39,010 nt of DNA from a virus. Taxonomy: Duplodnaviria; Caudoviricetes. The notes beneath the pieces are model-generated. The model worked only from the letters and a program-made list of their open reading frames with translations. It was not told the origin of the DNA and did no database searches. Location of the stretch: the IMG/VR virus record IMGVR_UViG_3300033076_000331, positions 1 to 39,010 of that record; one strand, 5' to 3'. This document shows, piece after piece, positions 15,388-25,129 of the stretch; the first letter of the stretch is position 1; each line of letters begins with the position of its first letter. The position numbers and the translations under genes were made by a program.

Positions 15388-17567
15388 TGGCAACTGATTA
15401 CACTGGTATCAATGCGGCCGCAGCAGTTGCTGTAGGCGGAAAGAAAAAGAACCGCGACAGCGACGCTGACATTCTATCGGTAGCCCGTGATCGCCTAAAC
15501 ATGGCGATCTCAGCGTATTCCGAGTCGCGTGAGGACGAGCAAGACGACCTTAAGTTTTATGCTGCATCGCCGGACAATCAATATCAATGGCCCGCAGATG
15601 TATTAGCTACACGCGGTGCGGTACAAGGTCAAACGATCAATGCCCGTCCGTGTTTGACTATTAACAAGCTGCCACAACATGTAAAACAGGTCACTAATGA
15701 CCAGCGCCAGAACCGTCCAAGCATCAAGGTCATTCCAGTGGATGACAATGCAGACGTTGAGGTGGCAGAAGTATTTAACGGAATGATCCGTCACATTCAG
15801 TATATTTCGGATGCTGATGTGGCCTACGATACGGCCTGTGAGAATCAGGTGACGTTTGGTGAAGGCTACATCCGCATCCTAACGGACTATTGTGACGACA
15901 ACACGTTCGATCAAGACATCAAGATCGGGCGCGTTAGAAACAGCTTCAGCGTGTACATGGACCCATTGATTCAGGACCCCTGCGGCATGGATGCTAAGTG
16001 GTGCTTCATTACTGAAGACATCACTCGTGAAGAATATGATCGCCTATACCCGAACGCGTCTCCTATATCTACTTTAGAAACACTCGGTGTCGGCGATCAA
16101 TCTATATCTCAATGGATTAACGAGAATACTGTCCGTATTGCGGAGTATTTTTACATTGAGTACGACCGTGCGACGTTGAACCTGTATCCAGGCAACGCAA
16201 CGGCCTTTGAAGGCACGCCAGACGACAAACAGCTAAAGGCGCTGTATGGTAAGCCGCTGAAATCCCGTGAGTCTGACCGCAAGAAAGTGAAGTGGTGCAA
16301 GATCAACGGGTATGAAATCCTAGAAGAACGTGAGTGGGCGGGTAAATATATCCCCGTTGTGCGCGTCATAGGTAACGAGTTTGAGGTGGACGGCCGCATT
16401 TATATTAGTGGTCTGGTTCGTAACGCTAAAGATGCACAGCGCATGTACAACTATTGGGTATCCCAAGAAGCTGAAATGCTGGCATTAGCCCCTAAAGCTC
16501 CATTCATCGGCTACGGCGGGCAATTTGAAGGCTACGAAAATCAATGGAAGACTGCAAATACGCAGAATTGGCCGTATTTAGAGGTCAATCCAGACGTCAC
16601 GGACGGCCAAGGGGGTGTTCTACCCCTGCCTCAACGTGCACAGCCTCCAATGGCCTCTAGCGGCCTGCTACAGGCCAAGTCTGGAGCCTCTGAGGACATC
16701 AAGTCAGCCACAGGGCAGTACAATGCATCGTTGGGGATGACGTCTAATGAGCGATCGGGCAAGGCTATTCTGGCTCGCCAAAAAGAAGGCGATACGGGCA
16801 CATATCATTATGTTGATAATTTGGGCCGTGCAGTTCGCTATGTGGGTCGTATCATTATTGATTTGATCCCAAAAATCTACGATACGCAGCGAATTGCTCG
16901 TATTATTGGCGAAGATGGCAAGGTTGAACATGCAAAGATCAACCCAGAGCAACAAGAACCAGTTAGAAAGATTGTTGACCAAGCCGGTATTGTAATTGAG
17001 AAAATTTACAACCCAACAGTAGGTAAATATGACGTTATGGTTGAAACTGGCCCTGGCTATGCCTCTAAACGTCAAGAAGCGCTAGATGCCATGTCTCAGC
17101 TGCTACAAGGCAACCCACAACTGTGGGCTGTGGCTGGCGATCTGTTTGTCAAGAACATGGACTGGCCTGGCGCTCAAGAGATGGCGAAGCGCTTTGCTAA
17201 GACGATTGACCCAAAAATCCTTGAAGATGACGACAAATCACCTGAACTTCAGGCTGCTGAACAGCAAATGCAGGCGATGGGCCAAGAATTGGATCAGTTG
17301 CATCAGATGTTGCAGCAAGTGGGCAACTCTATGGAAGCCCAAGAGCTACGAATTAAGGAATACGAAGCCGAAACTAAGCGCATTAGCGCAGTTCAGGCGG
17401 GGATGACACCAGAACAGATTCAGGATATAGTAATGGGGACGATTCATGCGGCAATTGACACAGGCGACGTAGTTGCTGGTCAAGTTCCACGTGAAACACC
17501 TATGATGCAACAGGAAATGCCCCCAGAAATGATGCAACAAATGCCACCACAAGGTATGCCACAGTGA
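15387..17567 (+). CDS. P22-like portal protein
   Basis: RPCLTINKL, GLVRNAKDAQRMYNYW, SGKAILARQ, GKYDV, and a long Q-rich C-terminal coiled coil; follows terL. Confidence 0.93.
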   Translation: MATDYTGINAAAAVAVGGKKKNRDSDADILSVARDRLNMAISAYSESREDEQDDLKFYAASPDNQYQWPADVLATRGAVQGQTINARPCLTINKLPQHVKQVTNDQRQNRPSIKVIPVDDNADVEVAEVFNGMIRHIQYISDADVAYDTACENQVTFGEGYIRILTDYCDDNTFDQDIKIGRVRNSFSVYMDPLIQDPCGMDAKWCFITEDITREEYDRLYPNASPISTLETLGVGDQSISQWINENTVRIAEYFYIEYDRATLNLYPGNATAFEGTPDDKQLKALYGKPLKSRESDRKKVKWCKINGYEILEEREWAGKYIPVVRVIGNEFEVDGRIYISGLVRNAKDAQRMYNYWVSQEAEMLALAPKAPFIGYGGQFEGYENQWKTANTQNWPYLEVNPDVTDGQGGVLPLPQRAQPPMASSGLLQAKSGASEDIKSATGQYNASLGMTSNERSGKAILARQKEGDTGTYHYVDNLGRAVRYVGRIIIDLIPKIYDTQRIARIIGEDGKVEHAKINPEQQEPVRKIVDQAGIVIEKIYNPTVGKYDVMVETGPGYASKRQEALDAMSQLLQGNPQLWAVAGDLFVKNMDWPGAQEMAKRFAKTIDPKILEDDDKSPELQAAEQQMQAMGQELDQLHQMLQQVGNSMEAQELRIKEYEAETKRISAVQAGMTPEQIQDIVMGTIHAAIDTGDVVAGQVPRETPMMQQEMPPEMMQQMPPQGMPQ

Positions 17568-17926
17568 AAGCCGCTGATTTCGTAGGATATTTGTTTCTTG
17601 CTCGTGATGTTACGCACAGCGTGCATCTGAACACTCGTAGTTATGCCAAGCACAAGGCGTTACAGGAGTTTTACGAAGGCATTATCGACCATGCAGACAC
17701 GTTTGCTGAAGCCTATCAAGGCCGCAAGGGTCTGATTGGCCCAATCTCACTAATGTCAGCTAAAAAAACGGGCAATGTGGTTGAATTTTTGGAAGATCAG
17801 TTATCTGAAATTGAAAAATGCAGATACGAAATTGTCGATAAAAGTGACTCGTCGTTGCAACAGTTGATCGACAATATTGTCGAACTGTACCTGTCTACAC
17901 TGTATAAACTCAAATTCTTGGCGTAA
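17564..17926 (+). CDS. Ferritin/Dps-like four-helix protein (DUF5856-like)
   Basis: HSVHLNTRSYAKHKALQEFYE...DTFAEAYQG...LYKLKFL; GTGA overlap with the portal stop. Confidence 0.75.
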   Translation: MKAADFVGYLFLARDVTHSVHLNTRSYAKHKALQEFYEGIIDHADTFAEAYQGRKGLIGPISLMSAKKTGNVVEFLEDQLSEIEKCRYEIVDKSDSSLQQLIDNIVELYLSTLYKLKFLA

Positions 17927-17929
17927 CAC

Positions 17930-19897
17930 ATGGCGTTGGTACTTAAAGACCGTGTTCGGGAGACCTCTACAACCACCGGCACAGGTACTTTTACGCTGGC
18001 TGGCGCTGTAGCGGGCTTTCAATCATTCTCTGCAATCGGCACTGGCAATAGCACGTACTATACGATTGTCATGTCAACCGACTGGGAAGTCGGTATTGGC
18101 ACATGGACATCACCTAATCAGTTATCCCGCGACACTGTATATGAATCCTCTAACAGTAATGCTTTAGTCAACTTCGGTTCTGGCACTAAAGATGTATTTG
18201 TCACCCTGCCTGCTGAAGCGGTAGGCGGTGGAAGCATTACTGGCTCAGGCACAACAAATTACATCTCTAAGTTCACCAATTCTTCAGTCATCGGCAACAG
18301 CCTTATCTATGACGACGGCTCTAATGTTGGAATTGGCACAAGCTCACCTACTCATAAATTAAGCGTAATAGGAGATATTCGGACAACTAACTCTTTATTA
18401 ATTAGTACTTCATCTAATCAATATTTAGGCAGTCCAGCAAGACAAGTAGTTTTAATATCTGACTTTGATCTTGAATGGGGTATAGCAGTACAAAACGCTC
18501 AAATTGGGACATCTTATGGCGTAAGTCTTGATGTCGATAATTCAGGATCAGCGTACTTAGAAGCATATGTTCCTTTAGGTCAAGCGCTTAGTTTGGTTTC
18601 AAATTATGACGTTATAACTAGCTCCTCCAATAGTAACATTTTTCAAACTGACGGCTCTGAACGTATGCGCATCAACTCCTCCGGCAACGTAGGTATTGGT
18701 ACGAGTAGCCCTAGCACTAAACTTGATATTGCTGGTGGCGCTAAGTTAGGGGCTGCTGGCACAGATACTATTACACTAACAGGACAGGTATCTGCAAATA
18801 GTAGTGTAGGCTCTGCTGGTCAAGTCCTTACTAGCCGAGGTGCTAACTTATCCCCTCAATGGACTACCGTAAGTGGAACCGGTACTGTCACTGCTGTTTC
18901 TGTGGTTTCTGCTAATGGTCTAGCAGGTACGTCTAGTGGCGGCGCAACACCAGCATTAACGCTATCAACAACAGTTGGTACTAGTATTGCCCCAGTACTA
19001 TTAAAAGGTAACGGTACAGCTATTAGTGCGGCGGTTTCTGGTACGGATTACGCTCCAGCAACAAGCGGCACATCAATTCTTTATGGCAATGGTTCTGGTG
19101 GCTTTAGCCCTGTCACCATTGGTAGCGGCGTAAGTTTTGCTGGTGGTACTTTAAGTGCTACGGGTTCTGGGGGTACGGTTACTAATGTATCAGGTACAGG
19201 TACAGTAAACGGTATTACTTTGACCGGCAGCGTCAGCACAACGGGCAGCTTAACGCTCGGTGGTACATTGTCAAATGTTAGTCTTGCCACTCAAGTAACG
19301 GGTAATCTTCCTGTTACTAACCTTAATAGCGGCACTGGAGCTTCTGCGTCTACTTTCTGGCGCGGTGACGGCACTTGGGCAACTCCTGCCGGTGGCGGAA
19401 CAATCACTGGCTCAGGAACAACCAACTACATCCCTAAATTCAGTAGTTCTACGGCTATTGGAAACAGCGTCATATACGATGACGGCACTAACATTGGCGT
19501 TGGTACAGCCAGCCCTGCCGCAAAATTGGATGTTGCTGGCGCAGTAAAAACAACGGGTGGTGTACTGCCACGCGCTGCATCAAGTGCAAACCAAACATCT
19601 CCGTGGGCTTGGAGCAGCGACAGTTATGATCAACAATCAATCACAGCACTAGCCAATGCTCTGACTATTAACGCTGATGCTGGGTCACCTGTTGATGGGC
19701 AGAAAACCACTTTCCGCATTAAGGATAATGGCACGGCTCGCGCTTTGACTTGGACTACTGGAACAGCTAAATCATTTCGTGCTATTGGAGTGACTTTGCC
19801 TACGACTACTGTAATTAGTAAAACAGTGTATATAGGTTGTATCTATAATAGCGCCGATAGCCGTTGGGATGTAGTGGCTGTTGCTCAGGAGGCGTGA
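17930..19897 (+). CDS. Modular G/S/T-rich fibre protein
   Basis: N-terminal MALVLKDRVRETSTTTGTG domain; three NVGIGTSSP-type fibre repeats; GTVTxV repeats; C-terminus ends RWDVVAVAQEA. Confidence 0.72.
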   Translation: MALVLKDRVRETSTTTGTGTFTLAGAVAGFQSFSAIGTGNSTYYTIVMSTDWEVGIGTWTSPNQLSRDTVYESSNSNALVNFGSGTKDVFVTLPAEAVGGGSITGSGTTNYISKFTNSSVIGNSLIYDDGSNVGIGTSSPTHKLSVIGDIRTTNSLLISTSSNQYLGSPARQVVLISDFDLEWGIAVQNAQIGTSYGVSLDVDNSGSAYLEAYVPLGQALSLVSNYDVITSSSNSNIFQTDGSERMRINSSGNVGIGTSSPSTKLDIAGGAKLGAAGTDTITLTGQVSANSSVGSAGQVLTSRGANLSPQWTTVSGTGTVTAVSVVSANGLAGTSSGGATPALTLSTTVGTSIAPVLLKGNGTAISAAVSGTDYAPATSGTSILYGNGSGGFSPVTIGSGVSFAGGTLSATGSGGTVTNVSGTGTVNGITLTGSVSTTGSLTLGGTLSNVSLATQVTGNLPVTNLNSGTGASASTFWRGDGTWATPAGGGTITGSGTTNYIPKFSSSTAIGNSVIYDDGTNIGVGTASPAAKLDVAGAVKTTGGVLPRAASSANQTSPWAWSSDSYDQQSITALANALTINADAGSPVDGQKTTFRIKDNGTARALTWTTGTAKSFRAIGVTLPTTTVISKTVYIGCIYNSADSRWDVVAVAQEA

Positions 19898-20061
19898 TGG
19901 TAATTAACTTTGAATTTACAACCCAGTTTGGCGTATTTCGTGATGCTTTGCATTTACCAGAAGATCACGGATTGACAGATGAGCAAATTGAAGCGCTAAA
20001 ACTTGAACGCCTAAATAACTGGTTTGCCTTTGTAACCAGACCTGTGACTGAGGAAGTCTAA
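19897..20061 (+). CDS. Small fibre-associated protein (54 aa, MVINFEFTTQFG...)
   Basis: GGAGG RBS; TGATG and TAATG coupling with the neighbours. Confidence 0.7.
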   Translation: MVINFEFTTQFGVFRDALHLPEDHGLTDEQIEALKLERLNNWFAFVTRPVTEEV

Positions 20062-22112
20062 TGGCTAATCGCTATTGGGTTGGTGGCACTGGTACTTGGG
20101 ATACCACAACCACAACAAACTGGTCTACAGCATCTGGTGGAGCTGGTGGCGCATCTGTGCCTACTGCTGCCGATAGCGTTTTTTTCGATCAGGCTGGTAC
20201 TTACACCGTAACTCAAACAGGTGCATTAACTTGCTTAGACATTACAGTCTCGGCAGGTGTTGTTACGTTTGCAACAGGCACAACCCCAACTCTTGCAATT
20301 AGCGGATCAATGTCACTGCTTGCTGGTACTGTTTGGTCAAGCACTGGCGCAATTACATTTAATGCCACCTCAACTGGAAAAACAATAACAACTAATGGCG
20401 TAACTATTTCTGCTGCAATTACCTTTAATGGTGTTGGCGGCGGTTGGACTTTAGGAAGTGCTTGGACATCTAGTGGTGGGTGGACAATTGTTGCAGGGGC
20501 GGTATCTACAGCTAATTATTCTGTAACTTGCAGTCTACTCACTAACTCTGGATCGTTAACAAGATCATTAAGTCTTGGGTCATCAACCGTTTCTATTGGC
20601 TCACTAAATTGGAATACAACTGCTGGGTTTACTTTTAACACTGGTACTTCGCAAATCAACATAACATTTAGCGGAACTACTAATTTTAATACGGGAGGAT
20701 ATACTTATTACAATGTTAAACTTAATCCAACTAGTTTTGGTACTGGTAATTTTAATCTTTCTGCTACATTTAATAATTTAGAGTTAGTCGTACCATCTAC
20801 TGGAAATTTTCAACTATATGGTTTTGCGGCTAATCAAACAATCAACGGAACATTAACGGTATCTGGATCATCTGCTATTGGCAGAGCATTTTTGCGATCA
20901 AATACATTAGGCACAATTAGAACATTAACCTGCGCCGCTGTTTCTATTCCTGATTGTGATTTCCGAGACATTACATTAGCTGGTGCTGCTGCTGGGGCAT
21001 CACCTACTAGAGCAGGTGACTGCGGTGGTAATTCAGGGATTACATTCCCCGCTGCAAAAACTGTTTATTGGAACTTAGCTGGGGTACAAAACTGGTCAGC
21101 TACTGGATGGGCAACTTCTAGTGGTGGATCACCAGCGATAAATAATTTTCCGTTGGCTCAAGATACTGCCGTGTTTGATAATACAGGAAGCGTTACAGGC
21201 ACAATTACAATAGACGCAAGCTGGAATATTGGCACTGTTGATATGTCTGCAAGAACTAGCGCAATGACTTTGACGGCTGGTGCTACTACTACCCCAAGCA
21301 TTTATGGAAATTGGATAAATGGTTCTGGCATCAGTACTACTGGTTCTGGCCCAATATTAGTTTTTACAAAACGTGGCGGTACTCAGACTATTACGTCTGC
21401 AGGTAAAACAATCTCTTTTGGTATTACTATTAACAATATTGGCGGTACAGTTCAATTATCAGATGCGTTTACTTTAAGTAATGCCCTAACACTCACTAAT
21501 GGAACGCTTGACCTCAATGGTAAAACTGCAACATTAAGCACTTTTGGTACTGCAACAGGTACAAAAAATTTAACTTTTAATGGCAGTACGTTAATAATTA
21601 CTTCAGCCAGCTCTGCTGCATTTAATAACGTAAGCCCTACAGGGTTTACAACTACAGCAGGCACTGGCACAGGCACAATCTCAATGACGTCTACTGGAAC
21701 AAAGACATTTACTGGTGGCGGATCAACCTTTAATTGTACTTTGAATAGTGGCGGTGCTGGTGCGTTAACAATTAGCGGATCAAATACTTTTAATAACATT
21801 ACTAACACAGTTCAACCGACCACGTTTAATTTTACATCGGGTACTACAACTACGGTTACAAACTTTAATGTAAGTGGAACATCAGGCAGCTTAGTAACAC
21901 TTAAAGCATCAACCGCTGGAACGCAATTCACAATATCCAAATCTAGCGGAATTGTGTCATCAGACTACTTATCAATTACAGATTCAGCAGCGACAGGTGG
22001 AGCTACTTGGTATGCTGGTGCAAATTCAACAAATGTAAGCAATAATAGTGGATGGATATTTACCGCACCGCCAGTAACAACTAACACTGGCTCTTTCTTT
22101 TTAGTTTTATAA
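20061..22112 (+). CDS. T/S/G/N-rich beta-helix or adhesin-like protein
   Basis: Two copies of a YW...NW.T.SGG...P...D...FD module; autotransporter-like beta repeats; C-terminus GSFFLVL; AT-rich. Confidence 0.65.
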   Translation: MANRYWVGGTGTWDTTTTTNWSTASGGAGGASVPTAADSVFFDQAGTYTVTQTGALTCLDITVSAGVVTFATGTTPTLAISGSMSLLAGTVWSSTGAITFNATSTGKTITTNGVTISAAITFNGVGGGWTLGSAWTSSGGWTIVAGAVSTANYSVTCSLLTNSGSLTRSLSLGSSTVSIGSLNWNTTAGFTFNTGTSQINITFSGTTNFNTGGYTYYNVKLNPTSFGTGNFNLSATFNNLELVVPSTGNFQLYGFAANQTINGTLTVSGSSAIGRAFLRSNTLGTIRTLTCAAVSIPDCDFRDITLAGAAAGASPTRAGDCGGNSGITFPAAKTVYWNLAGVQNWSATGWATSSGGSPAINNFPLAQDTAVFDNTGSVTGTITIDASWNIGTVDMSARTSAMTLTAGATTTPSIYGNWINGSGISTTGSGPILVFTKRGGTQTITSAGKTISFGITINNIGGTVQLSDAFTLSNALTLTNGTLDLNGKTATLSTFGTATGTKNLTFNGSTLIITSASSAAFNNVSPTGFTTTAGTGTGTISMTSTGTKTFTGGGSTFNCTLNSGGAGALTISGSNTFNNITNTVQPTTFNFTSGTTTTVTNFNVSGTSGSLVTLKASTAGTQFTISKSSGIVSSDYLSITDSAATGGATWYAGANSTNVSNNSGWIFTAPPVTTNTGSFFLVL

Positions 22113-22120
22113 GGATAAAA

Positions 22121-22432
22121 ATGATTACTTGGAATATTACGCAGCTAGACTGCAAGCCAAAAGAAGATGACTACACTGATGTAGTGGTCACGGCTCACTG
22201 GAACTGCTCTAGCAAAGAAGAAACCTACACTGGTTATGTGTATGGTACTTGCTCATTCCAGATGCCAAAAGGCGAATTTACGCCTTACGCTGATCTAACA
22301 TTGGATCAGGTTCTTGGCTGGTGCTGGGCTAATCGCGTAGACAAAGACGCTACAGAAGCTGCGGTGCAGACCCAGATCGACAATCAAAAGAATCCACCCA
22401 TTGTGACGCCACCGTTGCCTTGGGCAGTCTGA
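22121..22432 (+). CDS. Putative tail-fibre-associated or chaperone protein
   Basis: AAGGA RBS. TW.I.QLD...VV..AHW...FTPYADLT.DQVLGW...PLPW is a pattern seen beside phage fibre genes. Confidence 0.65.
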   Translation: MITWNITQLDCKPKEDDYTDVVVTAHWNCSSKEETYTGYVYGTCSFQMPKGEFTPYADLTLDQVLGWCWANRVDKDATEAAVQTQIDNQKNPPIVTPPLPWAV

Positions 22433-22449
22433 TGATTATAAAAGACTTT

Positions 22450-22477
22450 TTGACGTCTTTGCAAAAATTGGTAAACT
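22450..22477 (+). promoter_or_regulatory. Candidate sigma70-like promoter
   Basis: TTGACG (22450-22455), 16 bp, TAAACT (22472-22477) with an extended TG, in an intergenic gap. Confidence 0.55.
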
Positions 22478-22515
22478 ATGGTATACCGCAAGTAATTAAC
22501 GGCTGATGGTGACGC

Positions 22516-22653
22516 ATGTTTGGCTTTTGTTCAATGGCAGAACTTTCATTTGCGGAAGCGCCGATTGTGGTAGGCCCAACACCGCCAGGACCTGTCAGTA
22601 GTTTTGATTATTTAATTGAAATCCGTACATTTACGGACCGTAGGAGAATTTAA
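22516..22653 (+). CDS. Small protein (45 aa, MFGFCSMAELSFAEAPIVVGPTPPGPVSSFDYLIEIRTFTDRRRI)
   Basis: Not in the ORF track; GGTGA RBS; TAATG coupling with the next gene. Confidence 0.6.
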   Translation: MFGFCSMAELSFAEAPIVVGPTPPGPVSSFDYLIEIRTFTDRRRI

Positions 22654-22958
22654 TGTCGATTAACCTTAAAGCGATTACAACCCGTCTAGGGTATCAGCAG
22701 ATAACTTCATTAAGTTCTGCTACTGGTCTAACTGTTCCTAGCAAAGACTTAAATGGTTTAGCATGTAAGCCATCCATTGCTATGATTACGCCCGAAACTC
22801 AAGGTGTGCGTTGGCGCGATGACGACGTAGACCCTACATCTAGCGTCGGTATGCCTTTGGCTGCTGGCACTACGCTCCAATACGACGGCGATCTGACCAA
22901 GATTAAGTTCATTGAACAAGTCGCTGGCGCTAAACTTAACATTTCTTATTACGCGTGA
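22653..22958 (+). CDS. Hypothetical virion-associated beta-rich protein (101 aa)
   Basis: AGGAG RBS; VRWRDDDVDPTSSVGMPL; C-terminal LNISYY. Confidence 0.7.
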   Translation: MSINLKAITTRLGYQQITSLSSATGLTVPSKDLNGLACKPSIAMITPETQGVRWRDDDVDPTSSVGMPLAAGTTLQYDGDLTKIKFIEQVAGAKLNISYYA

Positions 22959-22965
22959 GGCCATC

Positions 22966-23457
22966 ATGCCATCTGTTTCAAACGAATCTCCAGCCGTAAA
23001 TTACGTCGATTATTTTACCAAGCAATTCCCCAAAGACTTGGCTCAAATGGCTGCTTTGCGCGACGAATTGGAGCAACGTCAAGGTGCGCTATCGGCTGTC
23101 GCTGACGCCAACAAGCTGCGTGAAGACGCCCAAGCCTATTCAGAAGGCGTTAAGGCGGCTGCTGACAGCCTAATGGCGGATACTAAAGCTAAAAACGCTG
23201 AAGCTACGGCTGCATTAGCTGATGCCAAGGCTCAACAGAAAGACCTAGACGCTCGTTCTGCTGCTTTTGAAAAAGACAGCGCGGCACGCGAAAAAACGCT
23301 GACTGCGCGTGAAAAGACTGTGGCTGATCGTGACGCATTTTTGGTTCAAAAAGATGCTGACCTGCAAGCTAAACAGGCCGCATTACAAGCCGCACAAGAA
23401 GCTCTCGACGCTCGTGTTAAAGCCTTCCAAGCTAAAGTTGCTGCTATTCAGGCATAA
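22966..23457 (+). CDS. Alanine-rich coiled-coil protein (163 aa)
   Basis: GAGG RBS and ATG 22966; A/K/E/Q-rich heptads throughout. Confidence 0.75.
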   Translation: MPSVSNESPAVNYVDYFTKQFPKDLAQMAALRDELEQRQGALSAVADANKLREDAQAYSEGVKAAADSLMADTKAKNAEATAALADAKAQQKDLDARSAAFEKDSAAREKTLTAREKTVADRDAFLVQKDADLQAKQAALQAAQEALDARVKAFQAKVAAIQA

Positions 23458-23461
23458 ATAA

Positions 23462-23746
23462 ATGGCAAACGTCAAAATATCTGGCCTTCCTACGGCTTCT
23501 ACGCTTACCGGCGCAGAGCTTGTTCCTGTTGTTCAGAGTGGTGTAACGTCAAAAACAACAGTATCAGATGTGATGAAGTCAATATCGTCTACAGTTGCTA
23601 CTTTACCTTCTGCCGCTACTGCTGGCGCAGGCGCAAGAAGATTTGTTACTGATGCTACTGCAACTACATTTGCTTCTACAGTTGCGGGCGGCGGAGCCAA
23701 TAAAGTTCCAGTTTATAGTGATGGCACAAACTGGAAAATTGGTTAA
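23462..23746 (+). CDS. Small virion protein with KISxLP N-terminal domain; paralog of 27715-27942
   Basis: MANVKISGLPTA...; shares the 17-aa DATATTFASTVAGGGAN with the 75-aa protein. Confidence 0.72.
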   Translation: MANVKISGLPTASTLTGAELVPVVQSGVTSKTTVSDVMKSISSTVATLPSAATAGAGARRFVTDATATTFASTVAGGGANKVPVYSDGTNWKIG

Positions 23747-23765
23747 ACTTTATTGAGATAAACAA

Positions 23766-24752
23766 ATGTCTTATTCTCTCTCGCTTTTTGCTGGTGCTGG
23801 TTGGCAATTCTTTGACAATAACGGCACGATCCTATCAGGCGGTAAGCTCTATACTTACTCGGCAGGCACAACCTCGCCACTGACAACCTATACCAGCAAC
23901 AGCGGTAGTACGCTTAACCCTAATCCAATCATCCTTGATTCTGCGGGCCGAGTGCCTGCTGAAGTCTGGGTAAATAGCTCGTCAATCGCCAAATTTATAC
24001 TTAAAACGTCAGCCGATGTGCTGATAGGCACTTGGGATAACATCCCATCGCTAGTGTCCTCACTAAACCTCACCGGCACAAATAACGGTGTGGTTTACTT
24101 TAACAGCGTGGGTACGTTTACTAGCGATACAAATTTGACGTTTGATGGCATTAACTTAGGTGTTGCTGGCGCTACAACTATCGGCTCCAACTTAAATGTT
24201 GCTGGTCCATCTGCCTTAACAGGCAATGTGACGGCTAGTGGTACGTTAAGTGTTACAGGCAATACAACTCTTAATAGCGCATTGACAACTTATGGCAATG
24301 CGTCTATTGGCGGTACGCTAAGTGTATCTGGGAATGTCATCAATACGCTAAATGTCACAGGTACATTGACAACTTCTGGTACGACTACATTAGCCACAGG
24401 ATCGACGCTAACTGCTAGTCCTTCGGCAAGCGATAGCAGTACAAAAATCGCTACAACCGCGTTTGTAAAAACAGCTACTTTAGGCGCTGGTCAAACTTGG
24501 CAAAACGTAACTTCTAGTCGTGTATCTGGCACTACATACACCAATACTACTAATAGCCCTATAGCTGTAAGCGTAAGTCAATCTAGTGCAGGTGATTTTG
24601 ACGCGACAGTAAATGGTGTGTCGATAATTGACAGCTATAGCTGGGCTAATTTTAGCGATCCAGACAATAGATTTTCGCTTTTCTTTATAGTTCCAGCGGG
24701 TCAAAGTTATGTAGTCACTGGAAGTATAATTCTTTGGACGGAGTTACGATAA
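23766..24752 (+). CDS. Tail spike/fibre with P22-like head-binding N-terminal domain
   Basis: QFFDNNG..LSGGKLYTYSAGT..P..TY...NPNPIILDSAGR; KIATTAFV fibre motif; GQTWQNVTSSR..GTTYTN tip domain. Confidence 0.78.
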   Translation: MSYSLSLFAGAGWQFFDNNGTILSGGKLYTYSAGTTSPLTTYTSNSGSTLNPNPIILDSAGRVPAEVWVNSSSIAKFILKTSADVLIGTWDNIPSLVSSLNLTGTNNGVVYFNSVGTFTSDTNLTFDGINLGVAGATTIGSNLNVAGPSALTGNVTASGTLSVTGNTTLNSALTTYGNASIGGTLSVSGNVINTLNVTGTLTTSGTTTLATGSTLTASPSASDSSTKIATTAFVKTATLGAGQTWQNVTSSRVSGTTYTNTTNSPIAVSVSQSSAGDFDATVNGVSIIDSYSWANFSDPDNRFSLFFIVPAGQSYVVTGSIILWTELR

Positions 24753-25126
24753 TGCCATATTACAAAGATACAGCAGATAATAACCGATTATACTGGCTAG
24801 ATAGCGCAGAAGATCAAGGATTTTTGCCTGCAACTTGCGTTGGCATTACTGACGATGAAGGCAAAGCTATTGAAGCGGCTAATGCTCCAGTGCCCGCAGC
24901 CGTCACGCGAATCAGCCCTCGTCAGATTCGCATGGCGCTAACGCAGTTAAATTTACGTACCCAAGTCGAAGCGGCAGCGGCTGCTGGCGATCAAGACATG
25001 AAAGATTGGTACGAATATAGCACTTATTTTGACCGCAATCATCCGCAGGTTTTGGCAATGGCTACCGCGCTAAACGTAACTGACGCGCAACTTGACGCTC
25101 TTTGGGCTTTAGCCGCAACACTTTAA
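24752..25126 (+). CDS. Putative tail fibre assembly chaperone
   Basis: TAATG-coupled to the fibre gene; ISPRQIRMAL...WYEYS..FDR.HP...LDALWALAA pattern. Confidence 0.65.
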   Translation: MPYYKDTADNNRLYWLDSAEDQGFLPATCVGITDDEGKAIEAANAPVPAAVTRISPRQIRMALTQLNLRTQVEAAAAAGDQDMKDWYEYSTYFDRNHPQVLAMATALNVTDAQLDALWALAATL

Positions 25127-25129
25127 CTA

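Noticed and set aside
18224-19540. Fibre repeats as a DGR or invertible shufflon
   Set aside because: They are direct, in-frame and diverged at synonymous sites, with no reverse transcriptase or invertase.
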